Source of the DNA: Octopus vulgaris
Lineage: Eukaryota
Reading direction: 5' to 3'
Length of the DNA stretch: 64,000 nt
Assembly (NCBI GenBank): GCA_951406725.2
Contig: OX597821.1
Span: 41,292,001 to 41,356,000, forward strand
Positions 26,313-38,990 of the stretch are shown in pieces; positions within the stretch are counted from its first letter, which is position 1, and each line of letters starts with the position of its first letter. Made by a program: the position numbers and the translations under genes. The notes under the pieces are model-generated. The model was not told where the DNA came from. It was given only the letters and a program-made list of their open reading frames with translations, and made no database searches.

Positions 26313-26608
26313 AGCTTATAAATAATGGCAAAAGAAAAACAAATTCCTATGCCAAATATGCCGAGAAATAGACTTTAAATTGTCAATGACCACATATAAT
26401 TCATTACTAAAAGCACACGAGAAAATTCTTTATGAATCAACTCAGAAATAGGACCGATTTGGTAATAACAGAATTTTTAGAAATTTCTATCAGCTTGCTT
26501 CGAGATGTATGCTTTTAGTGATGAATTGTATGTGGTTATTGATGATTTAAAGTCTACTTCTCAGCATACTGAGCATAGGAATTTTTATCTTTTGCCCTTA
26601 TTTATAAG

Positions 26609-26610
<2 letters not shown>
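26313..26610. repeat. Inverted-repeat element with ~105-bp arms (26313-26418 / 26507-26610) ending at (TA)n
   Basis: cttataaataa..ggcaaaaga..aattcctatgc..agactttaaat..caatgaccacata..aattca.tactaaaagca is mirrored. Confidence 0.8.
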
Positions 26611-26645
<35 letters not shown>

Positions 26646-26647
<2 letters not shown>

Positions 26648-26816
26648 CACAGGAGTGACTGTGTGGTAAGTAGCTTGCTTACCAACCACATGGTTCCAGG
26701 TTCAGTCCCACTGCGTGGCACCTTGGGCTAGTGTCTTCTACTATAGCCTTGGGCCGACCAAAGCCTTGTGAGTGGATTTGGTAGACGGAAACTGAAAGAA
26801 GCCTGTCGTATATATG

Positions 26817-26847
<31 letters not shown>

Positions 26848-27030
26848 ATGTTTGTGTGTCTGTGTTTGTCCCCCTAGCATTGCTTGACAACTGATGCTGG
26901 TGTGTTTATGTCCCCGTCACTTAGTGGTTCAGCAAAAGAGACCGATAGAATAAGTCCCAGGGTCGAGTTGCTAGACTAAAGGCGGTGCTCCAGCATGGCC
27001 ACAGTCAACTGACTGAAACAAGTAAAAAAA
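26646..27030 (+). mobile_element. Near full-length SINE family B (tRNA-like head, CORE-like body, internal TA/TG microsatellite)
   Basis: A-box-like tgactgtgtggtaag, B-box-like ggttcagtccc, gcaccttgggc.agtgtctt, tail gactgaaacaagtaaaa. Confidence 0.9.
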
Positions 27031-27043
27031 AAAAATATATATA

Positions 27044-27447
27044 TATCTGTAAATGTAATATGTGACAATTATACAGCAGCCATGATAATAAACTCCGAGT
27101 TTCGGATGTCGGGGCAAAAAGCCACGCCACTATCTCTTCAGTTATCAGGCCATCAAAAAAATGCTATGAAAATGACCATTAAACAAAGGGAAATTACTGT
27201 GTGATTGACCGTTATTAAGACAAAAGAGCTATCAGAATGACCACTAAGTGAGGGGAGGGAGTAAAGGTAAGGGAGTAAAAATGTTCATAGTATTCGCATA
27301 AGCGCGCATGTTCATACCTACACATGCACATCTGCACACCCATGCTTGCTTACGTGAATACTACGAACATTTTTACCATGGCTACCGAATAATTGCCACA
27401 TATATTTACAGATAAATTCTTTTGTTGCCTTACGATTTCTATCAATG
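27044..27447. mobile_element. ORF-less element with nested inverted repeats and a hammerhead motif
   Basis: Outer IR atctgtaaat..tatgtgacaattat..agccatg / catggct..ataattgccacata..atttacagat; inner IR ~27275-27303 / ~27348-27376. Confidence 0.7.
27083..27147 (-). ncRNA. Type-I hammerhead-like motif
   Basis: Minus: tgataa CTGAAGA gat...ggc-ttttt-gcc...atc c GAAA ctc-g-gag ttta ttatca; 6-bp stem I; two extra nt at the cleavage site relative to canonical. Confidence 0.5.
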
Positions 27448-27483
<36 letters not shown>

Positions 27484-27489
27484 TATGTG

Positions 27490-27552
<63 letters not shown>

Positions 27553-27879
27553 GTATATATATATGTGTGTGTGTGTGTGTGAGTCGCTAGTAAAGTATAT
27601 ATTCATTTGCAAGTGGAATGAGCTTTCATCACTAGCTGGTGATTAACACACACTGTGGACGGGCAACTACCTGGAATTTCGAGTCCCTGTGTATCATGTA
27701 AGGCTAGAGATGGGAGCGATGACCTCCCCTTGCACTAATTGGACACAGATTGTGTGCTGTCATCCAGCTGGAGGAGATGTCTTTTTGGAGCTATAAACGA
27801 CAGTGGCAGATTCCGTACCATTACTGTTTATATCTCACTCAGAGATTTAATATAACATATTTCTCTCTTTTATGTATAT

Positions 27880-27915
<36 letters not shown>

Positions 27916-27934
27916 ATGTATTATCCAGATCTGT

Positions 27935-29397
27935 ATTTAACATCCATTCTCCATGCTGGCATGGGTTAGATGATAAGATAGGAGGATCTGGCAAGCCAGA
28001 AAGCTGCACCAGGTATCTATCATTTGTATTAACATGGTTTCTACGATGGAATGACCTTCCTAATGCCAACCACTTTACAGAGTGGACTGGATGCTTTTAC
28101 ATGGCACTGACACAGGTGTGACAGTAGCATGGATGCTTTTATACGGCACAGCCAAGGCTACTCTTTACATGGTGCTGGCACAGGTGCTCATTGTAGGTGC
28201 TCTTTACATGCTATCAGCATGGGTGCTTTTTATGTGGTACCCACACACACACACTTTTTACGTGGCACCTGTACCTGTAGGGTTTTCAAGTGACTTGCAA
28301 GACAAGGACTCATCAGCTGAGAGAGGGAGAGGAATCGAGATAAGTAACTGTGAGCCAGGCAAGAGATTAGAGTATGCAAAAGGGTCAGGAATAACTGTTG
28401 TACTACAGAGGAGATACTTGGCTACCCCAGGAAGACAAGAAAAGTAAGGGGGGTGGGAGAAAGATAGGCAGGAGAGGGCCTACCCTCAGGGAACAGTGGT
28501 GGGGAGCATATATCAAAGATCCTTCCCAAACCATAGTCTGACAAGGCCAGTTTCCCAAATTCTATGTTTACCCCACCTGGACGGTAGACCGTTCCATGAC
28601 AGGTGCAACTCATTTTGGCCAAGTGAGTGAACTGGAACAATATGAAATGAACCATTTGCTCAAGAACGCTAGGCATCTCCCTATCCAGGAATTGAAACCA
28701 CAATCTTACAATCATGAGCCCAGCACCCTAACCACTAAGCTTTGCACTTCCATATATATATCATCATCATCATCATTATCATCATCACCAATGATCCTTT
28801 AATGCCCATGTTCCATGCATTGGATAGTTCAACAGGGTCTGATGGGTCCAAGGTATGCTTTGGAATGGTTTTCATGGTTAGATGTTGTTCCTAATGCCAA
28901 CCGCTTGACAGAAGGTACTGGGTGCATTGTACATACCACCTGTACAAGTGAGGTTGCCAAACAGCTTGCAAAACTACAAACTCCAAGAGAAATGACTTTG
29001 TGCAAGGCGATGAGGGTTTAAAGTATGAGAAAAGGGCCATAGCAGAACAGGTTTCTTACAATAGAGGGGTTATACGGCTTTCATATTATAGAAGAGAGGC
29101 TGGGAGGTAATAAGGATGCGTGGATCTTCAAAGTACAAAGTAAGAAGGGAATAGGGGGGTCAAGAAAAGACTGGGATTATGGTAAAAAGCACCTGTTCTG
29201 GTGCCAATTAAAAAGCTCCCATGCTCATGCCACATAAAAGCACCCAGTACACAGTGTAAAGTGGTTGGCATTAGTAAGGGCATCCAAACATAGAAACCAT
29301 ACCAGTCAGACATATGGAGCCTGGTAAAGCTCTCTAGTTTGCCAGTTTCTGTCAACCCATGCCAGCAGGGAAAACAGATGTTGAATGATGATGATGA
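27935..29397. mobile_element. Cluster of three RTE 3' ends (27935-28440 -, 28760-29000 -, 29180-29397 +) plus a SINE C piece at ~28596-28745
   Basis: ccttcctaatgccaaccac / gtggttggcattag motifs, ccatgctggcatgg-type hairpins, (GAT) tails. Confidence 0.7.
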
Positions 29398-29446
29398 TAT
29401 ATATTTATACCTGCATACGTATATACATGTATATATACTATGTGAA

Positions 29447-29760
29447 GGCGCAATGACCCAGTGGTTAGGGCATCGGTCTCGTGGTCGTAGGATCGCAGTT
29501 TCAATTCCCAGACCGAGCGTTGTGAGTGTTTATTGAGCAAAAACACCTAAAAAGTTCCACGTGGCTCTGGCAGGGTGGGGTGGGGTGGCGATCCCTGCTG
29601 TACTCTTTCGCCACAACTTTCTCTCACTCTTTCTTCTGTTGGCCTGCTCACTTAGCCAGCAGGGTGGCATCATTTGAAGGCTAAAGCAATGCGAAGCGCA
29701 TTGTGACCAGCGATGTGTAGCAACGTCTGATAGCCTGGTCGGTCACGGTGATCACGGTGA
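29447..29760 (+). mobile_element. tRNA-headed SINE family D (CpG-rich, likely young)
   Basis: ggcgcaatgacccagtggttagg (A box), gtttcaattccc (B-box-like), 3' repeat tcacggtga x2. Confidence 0.7.
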
Positions 29761-29834
29761 TATACTATGAAATACATGTATGTGCATGTGCGTGTGTGTG
29801 TATGTGTGTGTGTGAGAGCGTGTGTGTGTGTGTG

Positions 29835-29865
<31 letters not shown>

Positions 29866-30674
29866 CTTGTGGTTTGCCTTGTATATGTTTCCATTTTGTT
29901 CCATGTTCATGTATTTAGTAAAACAACTTATTTACATATTAACCTAAACCCGTTCAGTAAATTGAAAAATACTCTCTGAAGAATGTCTCCCTTGATTGAC
30001 AGAGTGATGAATAACATATGAAACTAATTGAACTGACTGGTTTTAGTTGGAGACTTGCTACTACAGGTCTCTGATACTTTCCATGCATCTCTATTCTTTC
30101 GATATAATAAACAGTGTGTGCAACAATTCATCTTTAAAATCTTCAAGACATCCATATCTTTATCAATAAGATTCAAAGTCTGAGAGTTTGGTAGCTGACA
30201 CATTGGAAACATTATTCATGCTATCCATTAGCTTCAACTAAAGTATAACATTTCTTTCTTTCAATTGACTTTAAGAGAGAAAATGTGTTCCTTTCACTCT
30301 TCTGTCTGACCATTACTTAGGAGAATGTCAGCTTGTACAGCTCATCGCAACATTTTTCTTGGTGCACCATTAGTCTTTATTTCTGAGAAGTAACGTTGTT
30401 GTTGTAGTAGTAGTAGTTGTTGTTGTTGTTGTTATTTAGCCCTCGGTCTGTTTGATCAAGATCCATTTGAGTTTTGACCATCACGTTTTGTCTTTTTGCT
30501 TATCTAGGATAGGGATTCTCAACAGTTTCCCTTCCAAAACCGCATTTTACTGAAACGCTTTTTCTCATGGGTCTCAGACACTTGAAAAGTCTCTCCACTC
30601 ATTAAGCAAGATTTAAGCATTAATGAACAACAAACTCATTTCGCAGTATGATCACTCATTTAAATACTATTGTA

Positions 30675-31050
30675 GAAGTAGCTAGCTTACAAACTACATG
30701 GTTCCACATTCAGTCCCACTGCATGGCACCTTGGGCAAGTGTCTTCTACTATAGCCTCTGACCGACCAAAGCCCTGTAAGTGGATTTGGTAGATGGAAAC
30801 TGAAAGAAGCCTGTGGTATATATATATATATGCATGTGTGTGTGTGTATATGTTTGTGTGTCTGTGTTCGTCCCCCCAACATTGCTTGACAAACAATGCT
30901 GGTGTGTTTACATCCCCATAACTTAGTGGTTCAGCAAAAGAGACCGATAGAATAAGTACTAGGCTTACAAAGAATAAGTTCTGGGGTCGATTTACTCGAC
31001 TAAAGGCGGTGCTCCAGCATGGCTACAGTCAAATGACTGAAAGAAATGAG
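30675..31050 (+). mobile_element. SINE family B
   Basis: Colinear with 26646-27030. Confidence 0.9.
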
Positions 31051-31963
31051 TAAAATAATTAAAATTATATAATGAGTAATTAGGTATTTTACACCACAGC
31101 ATATTAAGATTTTTAACACAATTCAAAGACCCTTAGTTTTACCTTTGGAAACCTTAGTTTATGGACACAAATGATTTAGCATTACATTCTCATATTTGTC
31201 CTTTATTTTTTCTAAGACATTAATTTGTGATTTGCATAAGTTTCGCCAGCTATTTCTTGCAGCTGGATTGACCCTGTCCATGCTCACTCTCATTAACTCA
31301 GCAACAATATTTTGTTATGAAAGATATTCTGAGTCATGATTTATGAGGATAGCAGGATTTGGAATTCAACTGCCCGAAATTGGCAGAGTATTACTCTATA
31401 GAAATCCTGAAATCAACAACTTGAAATCTATATTGGATATTTTTTCCTCTTGCCATTTTTTTTTATAGAACACAATAATTCTTTATAATAAAAGAATTGA
31501 CAAGTAAGGGAAAAATAATAATATAGCACTGTGATGAAACAAATTGAAAATGATTCCACTACAGGCTTTATATATTCTGATGCTGACTTAGGGTGGTTAA
31601 CATAATCTCCAATCTTCGTAATCATCTGTCAAGTGTAACAGGTAAAACCCATCACTCATGTTATACCAGTAATGCACATACCTCATGGAAGCAATTGTGG
31701 AAAAATGATTAATGGTTAAAATGGTCTTGAAGAACCAGTCATGTGACAGAGAAAACGAATTTAAAAAGGGCTCGTCAATTTAAGGCATTCCAAATTAAAG
31801 TAGGATATCTTACCATTTTATCATAGCAGAAACGGTTGTCTTTTAATCCTTTTTCTATTCGTCTAAACATACTGAGTTCAAATTGAACTAGAAGTCAACG
31901 TTTGCATCTTTCATTCTTCTTGCATCAGTAAAATACATACCAGTAATATAATGTGATACTGTA

Positions 31964-32646
31964 ATATTGGAAAAAAGAGTTGATATTAAAGTCATGAAAG
32001 CTGGCAGAATTGTTCAAGTATCTGGTAAAATTCCTTATAGCATTCTTTTCCAGCTCTTTACATTATGGGTTCATGTCATTCCAATATCAATTCTGCCTTT
32101 TGTACTTTCAGGGTTGATAAAATAATGTACCAGTCAAGTACTGGCAGTGATACTGTCAACCCCAGTACATCCATCAGGCATTTGCCATATTCTGAATGCC
32201 TTACTTCCCTGGGTATGGATACATTGAAACTCCGACGTCTGGCAGCTGACTTGGCAGACACCCATAAAATTATTAACCATCTTACAAACAATAACTCTGA
32301 GCACCTTTTCAAACTCCACCTGTCTAACATCCATGGACATGTTTACAAAGTCAGAAAACAACACAGCTCCCATGACTTTCGGAAACATTTTTTCATGCTA
32401 AGAGTTGCTGAAGCATGGAGCAAACTGCCGGCATCAGTTGTTAGTTGTCAGAGCACTGCATCCTTCAAAACTTCCATGCTTCTTGAGATTCGCCAACACT
32501 ACACCTGATTTTTTCCCCTCCATACACACACAAGCATGTATCTGACTCATACATTGTTTGCTTTCCAGACATTTGTACATTACTGCATATTCTTTATACA
32601 CACTTTTGACAAGTTGTGGTGCACCTGGGCACTGTATACAATAATT

Positions 32647-32706
<60 letters not shown>

Positions 32707-32909
32707 TGGAAAAAAGAGTTGATATTAGAGTGATGCAAGCTGGCAGAATTGTTCAAGTATCTGGTAAAATTCCTTATAACATTCTTTTCCAGCTCTTTAC
32801 ATTATGGGTTCATATCATTCCAATGTCAACTCTACCTTTCATCCTTTCGGGGTTGATAAAATAGTGTACCAGTCAAGTACTGGCAGTGATACTGTCAACC
32901 TCAGTACAT
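31964..32909 (+). repeat. 207-bp direct duplication (31964-32170 and 32703-32909) flanking a CR1 insertion
   Basis: Both copies run atattggaaaaaagagttg...cagtacat; about 14 substitutions and no indels by manual count; mostly an old SINE A plus non-SINE flank. Confidence 0.9.
32171..32702 (+). mobile_element. 5'-truncated CR1-clade LINE (ORF2 C-terminus, 3'UTR, (TTA)n tail)
   Basis: HLPYSECLTSLGMDTLKLRRL..D...HGHVYKVRK...RKHFFMLRVAEAWSKLPASVV...SFK; (TTA)n at ~32650-32702. Confidence 0.9.
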
Positions 32910-32910
32910 T

Positions 32911-34440
32911 ATCATCATCATCATCATCATCGTTTAACATCCACTTTCTATGCTAGCATGGGCTGGACGATTTTGACTGAGGGCTGGCAAACTAGATGGC
33001 TGCACCAGGCTCCAATCTTGATCTGGCAGAGTTTCTACAGCTAGATGCCTTTCCTAATGCCAACCACTCTGAGAGTGTAGTGGGTGCTTTTATGTGCCAC
33101 TAGCACAGGGACTAGTCAGGCGATACTGGCAATGACCTCGCTCGAATCTTTTACACATGCCACTGGCACAGGTGCCAGTAAGGCGACATTGGTAACGATC
33201 ACGCTCGAATGGTGCCCTTTTATGTGCCACCGGCATGGAAGCCAGTTGGCTACTCTGGTAACGATCATGCTCGGATGGTGCTCTTGGCACCCTACGAGCA
33301 CATCCTTCAAAACTGCTGGCCTTCTGCTTAAATTACAAACAGTTATTTGTGTAAGTCATGTCAAATATTAAAACACTAGTGTCCCAAACACTAAATGAAT
33401 TCATCTTCTTGGAATTGTTTGTGGCACCTGACTTCCTGGAAACTCAATACATTCTAGAGATCAGAACTTCCTTATGCAGCTGTCCTCATCCATATGCATC
33501 ACATGACCATAGCAGAACAGCTTTCTGTTTTTTTTTACATGCTACATCTGATGCCTAGTATACTTAGAGATTTTTCTCTTATGTCATTTACATTCTGTCA
33601 TACAGGCACACTAACGTCCCTCATCCAGTGGAGCACACTGGCCCTATTTCTTTCAAGCCTTCATATGTCCTCAATAGTCACAGCCCATATCTCACTGTCA
33701 TCTAGAATGGCTGTTCACGCACAGGCTTCACGCAAGTTGCCTTTCACTTTGAGGGAGAGGCCATTGGCTACCAAAGAAATTTGTCCAACCCTTTCTTATT
33801 CTAGCAGCCACACTTTCAGAACTACCTCCTCCACTGCTAACCTGGTCACCTAGGTAACAGAAACTATCTACAAATTCCGAGGATCCCCCCACCAAACATG
33901 TGAGAGAGTCTGTTTTCTGTACATTCTCTGTTAACCTTCGTGTGATGCCATTCTGCCTCTTATGTATCCATAACTGCACTGGATACACCCTATGGAGTTT
34001 CTACCAACACCTTTTCTATATACTGAGCAGGGCCATCTCCCTGAAAGGATCAGAGATCTGTCTGTTTTCCTACTTACTAGAAATCTGGTCTTTGCTAAAT
34101 TAACTCTAAGGCCCTTTGATTTTAGATCTTGCTTCCACACCCGAAACTTCTTCTCTAGTTCTGGTAGTGACTCAGCAATGATAACAAGGTCATTAGCATG
34201 GAGAATCTTCCAAGGGCTGTTAGTTTTAAACTCCACTGTCTATTGTCTAGAAAGCTATAATAACCAAAATGGGCTGAGAAGTGATCCTTGGTGAATTCTC
34301 ATCTGCACACTAAATTCCTTGCTATATTTATTGCCAGCTTTCACCTTACTGGCAGCATCCCTGTACATGGCTTATATAACTCTCACCAACCACTCATCTA
34401 TCCCTAATTTCTGCATTGCCCACCAGATAAGGGACCAGTG
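32911..34440 (-). mobile_element. RTE LINE with RT-coding 3' portion
   Basis: LIWWAMQKLGIDEWLV, IHQGSLLSP, LHANDL (decayed YADD), GLRVNLAKT, FCYLGDQVSSGGG, 3'UTR modules, (GAT)n tail. Confidence 0.9.
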
Positions 34441-34807
34441 ACCATATATATATATATATATTTGTATTTATGAATAACTGTATTTTTGTGTCTGTTGGTT
34501 CCTTACAACTGCTTGATAACCAGTATTGGTATGTTTATGTCCCCACAACTTAGCAGTTTGGCATAAGAAACTAATATAATAAGTAACACATAAACTAAAG
34601 GACTAGGATTGAGTCATTCAACAGAAACCCTTCAAGGTGAAGCTCCAGCATGGCCACAGTCTGATGACTGAACAAGTAAAAGATAAGAGATAAACTCTAC
34701 TGCAGCCAAACTGATTAGAAAGAATCTATGGCAGCAGTCCTCAAACAAAAGTCTGTGGAATCCAAGGAATATACAAGAGATTTGTGAGCTGAGTTCAACA
34801 TTTGTTG

Positions 34808-34809
<2 letters not shown>

Positions 34810-34840
<31 letters not shown>

Positions 34841-35235
34841 TTAACGTCCGCTTTCATGCTAGCATGGGTTGGACGATTTGACTGAGGTCTGGCGAACCAG
34901 ACTCCAATCTGATCTGGCAGAGTTTCTACAGCTGGATGCTCTTCCTAGTGCCAACTACTACGAGAGTGTAGTGGGTGCTTTTATGTCCCACCAGCACAGA
35001 CCAATTTGGTGGTACTGGCAACAGCCACGCCCAAATGGTGTTTTTTATGTGCCACCTGCACAGGAGCCAGTCCAGGGCACTGGCGACGACCTCGCTCAAA
35101 TGTTTCACGTGCCACCAGCACAAGTGCTAGTAAGGCGACGCGGTAAAGATCACACTCAAATGGTGTGTTTAACGTGCCATCGGCACGAAGGCCAGCTTGT
35201 TGCTCTGGCAACGATCTCACTCATATGGTACTCTT
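34810..35235 (-). mobile_element. RTE 3'UTR with four tandem modules
   Basis: Repeated ggtg..tttta.gtgccacc.gcac units after the tail hairpin. Confidence 0.85.
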
Positions 35236-35817
35236 ATACAGACCTTTCAAAATCTAAGGCTCTCAAATATAAAGGAGTAGAACTCTGCTCCCTTTTTTAT
35301 TTCTCTAATTTTTATTCAGAAGAAGGATTCTGTTCTAAACACTCCAGACAGTAACTTCACTCTGCTCTTTTACCCAGTTTTTTCACTGACCCAAACTGCC
35401 ACCAGTCTCTTTGGATTTAGCATATGGAAGTCTGTTTGTCTTGTGCACAGCTACTGTAAAAGACAAGCTACTCAACAAATAATAATTGTTTGAGATACAA
35501 TGGAGATAGAATCTTTTGAAAGAACCTGAACAGAGTGTAAGACATTATGACAGAAAGGAAACACGAGGAAGAAGCAAAACCATAAAATGAAAGTACAAGG
35601 TTTTTATATTAGCTGAAGTAGTTATACACATAAGTCAATTAGTAGCTCTCTTTGTAAGGCTATACACATACAGCCATGCTTAGTATGATAAATCAGTTTG
35701 CCTGTTAAGCAAAGTACATATAGAACTATGAACACGCACACGCATAAAGAGTGAGAGAGGTAGAAATACAAAAACTTACATCCACACAAATATGTTCGAG
35801 TGTGCGTATGTGTGTGT

Positions 35818-35848
<31 letters not shown>

Positions 35849-35995
35849 GGTTTGCCAAGATATATGGACAGGTACATATATGCTATTAAAAAATTGATGT
35901 TTATTACCTTGCAAATTTTTACATGTGTGTGTATATAAATATATACATATATATATATATACACACATGAACACATGTATATGTATATATATCTA

Positions 35996-36026
<31 letters not shown>

Positions 36027-36289
36027 ATATATATATATATACACATATTTATATATATATATGTGTGTGTGTGTGTACATATATATATATATGTATAAAT
36101 ATATATGTTTATATATATGTGTGTGTGGGAGGTGGGTGTATGTGTATGGCTGTGTTTACATGTATGTTCCAACATCTTGTTACGCTATCCAAATGAAGAA
36201 TACAAGCTGATCTTAAGTTCTGTACTGAACATGTGTAGACAAGAGCCTGCTACACATTTCTATGCATAAACAAAGAGATAGAAACATAC

Positions 36290-36715
36290 ATGTGTGTATT
36301 TGTATATAGGTATGTAGGTATGTATGCATGTGTATATGTATGTCTGCATGTACATGTATATGTATGTATGTGTATATGTATGTATGTACATGTACATGTA
36401 TATATGTATGTATATCTGTATGTATGTATGTATGTATGTATGCATGTTTGTGTGTATGTATGTATGTACCTGTATATGTATGTTTGTATGTGTATATGTA
36501 TATATCTATATATGTGTATATATATGTATGCATGCACGTATGTATGTGTATATGCATGTATGTCTGTATGTACGTGTGTATGTATGTATGTATGTATGTA
36601 TGTACCTGTATATGTATATATGTATGTACGTGTGTATGTATGTATATATATGTACGTGTATATGAATGTATGTATGTATGTATGTATGTATGTACATGTA
36701 GATGTATGTATGCAT
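36290..36715. repeat. (TATG)n compound microsatellite
   Basis: Direct reading. Confidence 0.95.
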
Positions 36716-36812
36716 AAGGGTTTGGTAAAGCTAAAGGAGAAATAGGGTTGAAATAATATATTTCATGGTAAGCTCATTATTAATATACTTAAGACAGCAA
36801 GCCAAAAGATAG

Positions 36813-37388
36813 TAAAAGGTATGTTGAAGAAGAATCAGAACTGTTGCTATGGTGACGGAGCTAAAGTACACAGGATGAAGTTGCTTGGCACAGACAGACC
36901 TTGAATTTTGTTACGCACGCACTTTAAGTTAATATGTTCTCATTCACTTTTGTTGTTTAGAGCAGAGCTTGGAAGTAAAGTGTGTAGAGTGTGGTTGTCT
37001 CAAGAAGAAGATCAGGCTTCTTCAGCTGTACAGGGTCTGCTTGGTTGTGTCGAGGAAGATGAAAACTTTTTGTAAATGATCTTATCAGTTGATGCATCAT
37101 GTATCTATGGCTATGATCTCAAAACCAAGGATCAGTCTTTACTGTAGAAGATTCCCAACGAGATTTCAACACATTGAAAAAATCCAAGGGAATGCAATGA
37201 GGCAACTGCACAGAATCCAAAAAAAAAAAAGGGTGTTCCAGGAATGCTTCCACCTTTGGGAAGAACACTGGAGAAAATGTGGGGTTTCAGAAGGGGTCAA
37301 CTTCAAAGGAGATTAAATGCTGAATTCATGTGTGTTGAAGTTTTCTTTTTAAAGCACCAGTCCGGATACCTTTTGATCAGACCTTGTA
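36813..37388 (+). mobile_element. Internally deleted non-autonomous mariner
   Basis: Right TIR ccagtccggataccttttgatcagaccttg+TA; degenerate left TIR at 36813; residues IYGYDLKTKDQ and FQECFHLWEEHWRKC..SEGVNFKGD*. Confidence 0.8.
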
Positions 37389-37879
37389 GTTGAATAAAAT
37401 TACATGATTAGGGAGGAAAAAGAATTATAAAGTTATCAGTTCTGGTCAAGAATGGTAGGGAGGACAACTCTGATATGTTAATTAATTAAAATGAATTCAA
37501 AATACAATGTGAGTGGCATAGGGAGAGTTGTCTGACCTTGGAAGAGTCAATATAGCCACATTGAGGAGCCACTGGAAACAGTAGGACACACACACACACA
37601 CACACGTGCATACATCCACACATATGCATATGCACACACTAACACATATGCACAAACACACAAGCATACACACATGCATGTGCATACATACCCACATACA
37701 GATACATACAAACACAGATATACTCATATACACACACAAGCACACACAAACACCTACATATACACATAGGCATGCACAGACATCCCCCAACACACACACA
37801 CAAACATACATGTGCATGAATACATATACACATACACACACATACAAAAACACACACATGCACATATATACAAGCACAC

Positions 37880-37924
<45 letters not shown>

Positions 37925-38433
37925 CATATATATACAAACACGCAGTGTATAGCTTTACTTATAATGCTAGATTTACAAGTAATATTGACAGATTGAAGCC
38001 TAAGTTTTGAAAATCTAGGAGACCATTGGTTGAAGTGTATGATATTTTTGATGCTGTTCCAGGACTTTTGAGAAGGGCCACACATGTGGTATAGCCTAGG
38101 GCGCCTCTTCATCTAAACCTGACACTGTACACACATGTGCAAATTCCATTTATAAATCTATACTTTTGTTCAATAATGAACATCCATACTTACCTAGTCA
38201 CTAGTAAAGGAAAGCACGTTGTACATTTAGTTTAAAGATTCTAATTTTGAAGTTGAGTAAAAATTGTTAAAAAATATTATCAGATATTACTAAACTTGGC
38301 TTGAAATAACTTGAAGATTTATATAAAAAAATGTAAATTAATGCTCTTATCTACTTATTGAGAAAACTGACTTTTTAAGATAAATGGTTGCTTAAATTAA
38401 AGGAATGTTGAAAGAAGTATGGAAATGTGGTGT

Positions 38434-38469
<36 letters not shown>

Positions 38470-38754
38470 GTTAAAAAGAGAAAGAGATAAAGAATGAATT
38501 AAGGAAAGAAATGAAAGAAAATATACACAAATCTCTGTGTAAGAGAACTTCAAAAAAAAAACACCGAAGAATATTGCATTGAATATTTAATATATCGCTG
38601 TTCAGAGAAGTGAATGGTACCGATTCTTATGTTGAAGCTGTTTATGTTTGATTTCAGCACTTGATTCAAGTATTATTTGGTTCCATAGCATTGTCATACA
38701 TGTATGTGTGTGTGTGTGTATGTGTGTGTATGTGTGTGTTTATAGGTGTATATA

Positions 38755-38990
38755 TGTGTGTGTGTGTGTTTATTTGTATGTGTGTGTGTGTATCATATAT
38801 CCAGTGTAAGTGTATATGAGGGTTCGTTTCTATGTCTAATTGTGTGAGTGTGTGTGTGTATGTGTGTGTGTTTCTTTGTATGTGTGTGTATTTGTGTGTG
38901 TTTATTTGTGTGTGTGTGTATGTATCATATATCCAGTGTAAGTGTGTATGAGGGTTCTTTTCTATATCCAATTGTGTGTGTGTGTGTGTG
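38755..38990. repeat. Tandem duplication of a unit embedded in (TG)n
   Basis: tatcatatatccagtgtaagtgt.tatgagggttc.tttctat.tc.aattgtgtg occurs twice (~38791 and ~38924). Confidence 0.85.

Noticed and set aside
26646-26720. tRNA genes at SINE heads (also 29447 and 13520-13589)
   Set aside because: A/B-box-like motifs are present but no complete cloverleaf, and they continue into SINE bodies
28090-28280. CRISPR-like repeat/spacer look of ggtgctttttacatggcac units (also 34975-35230 and 51215-51425)
   Set aside because: Eukaryotic context, degenerate units inside RTE 3'UTRs, related spacers, and no cas genes
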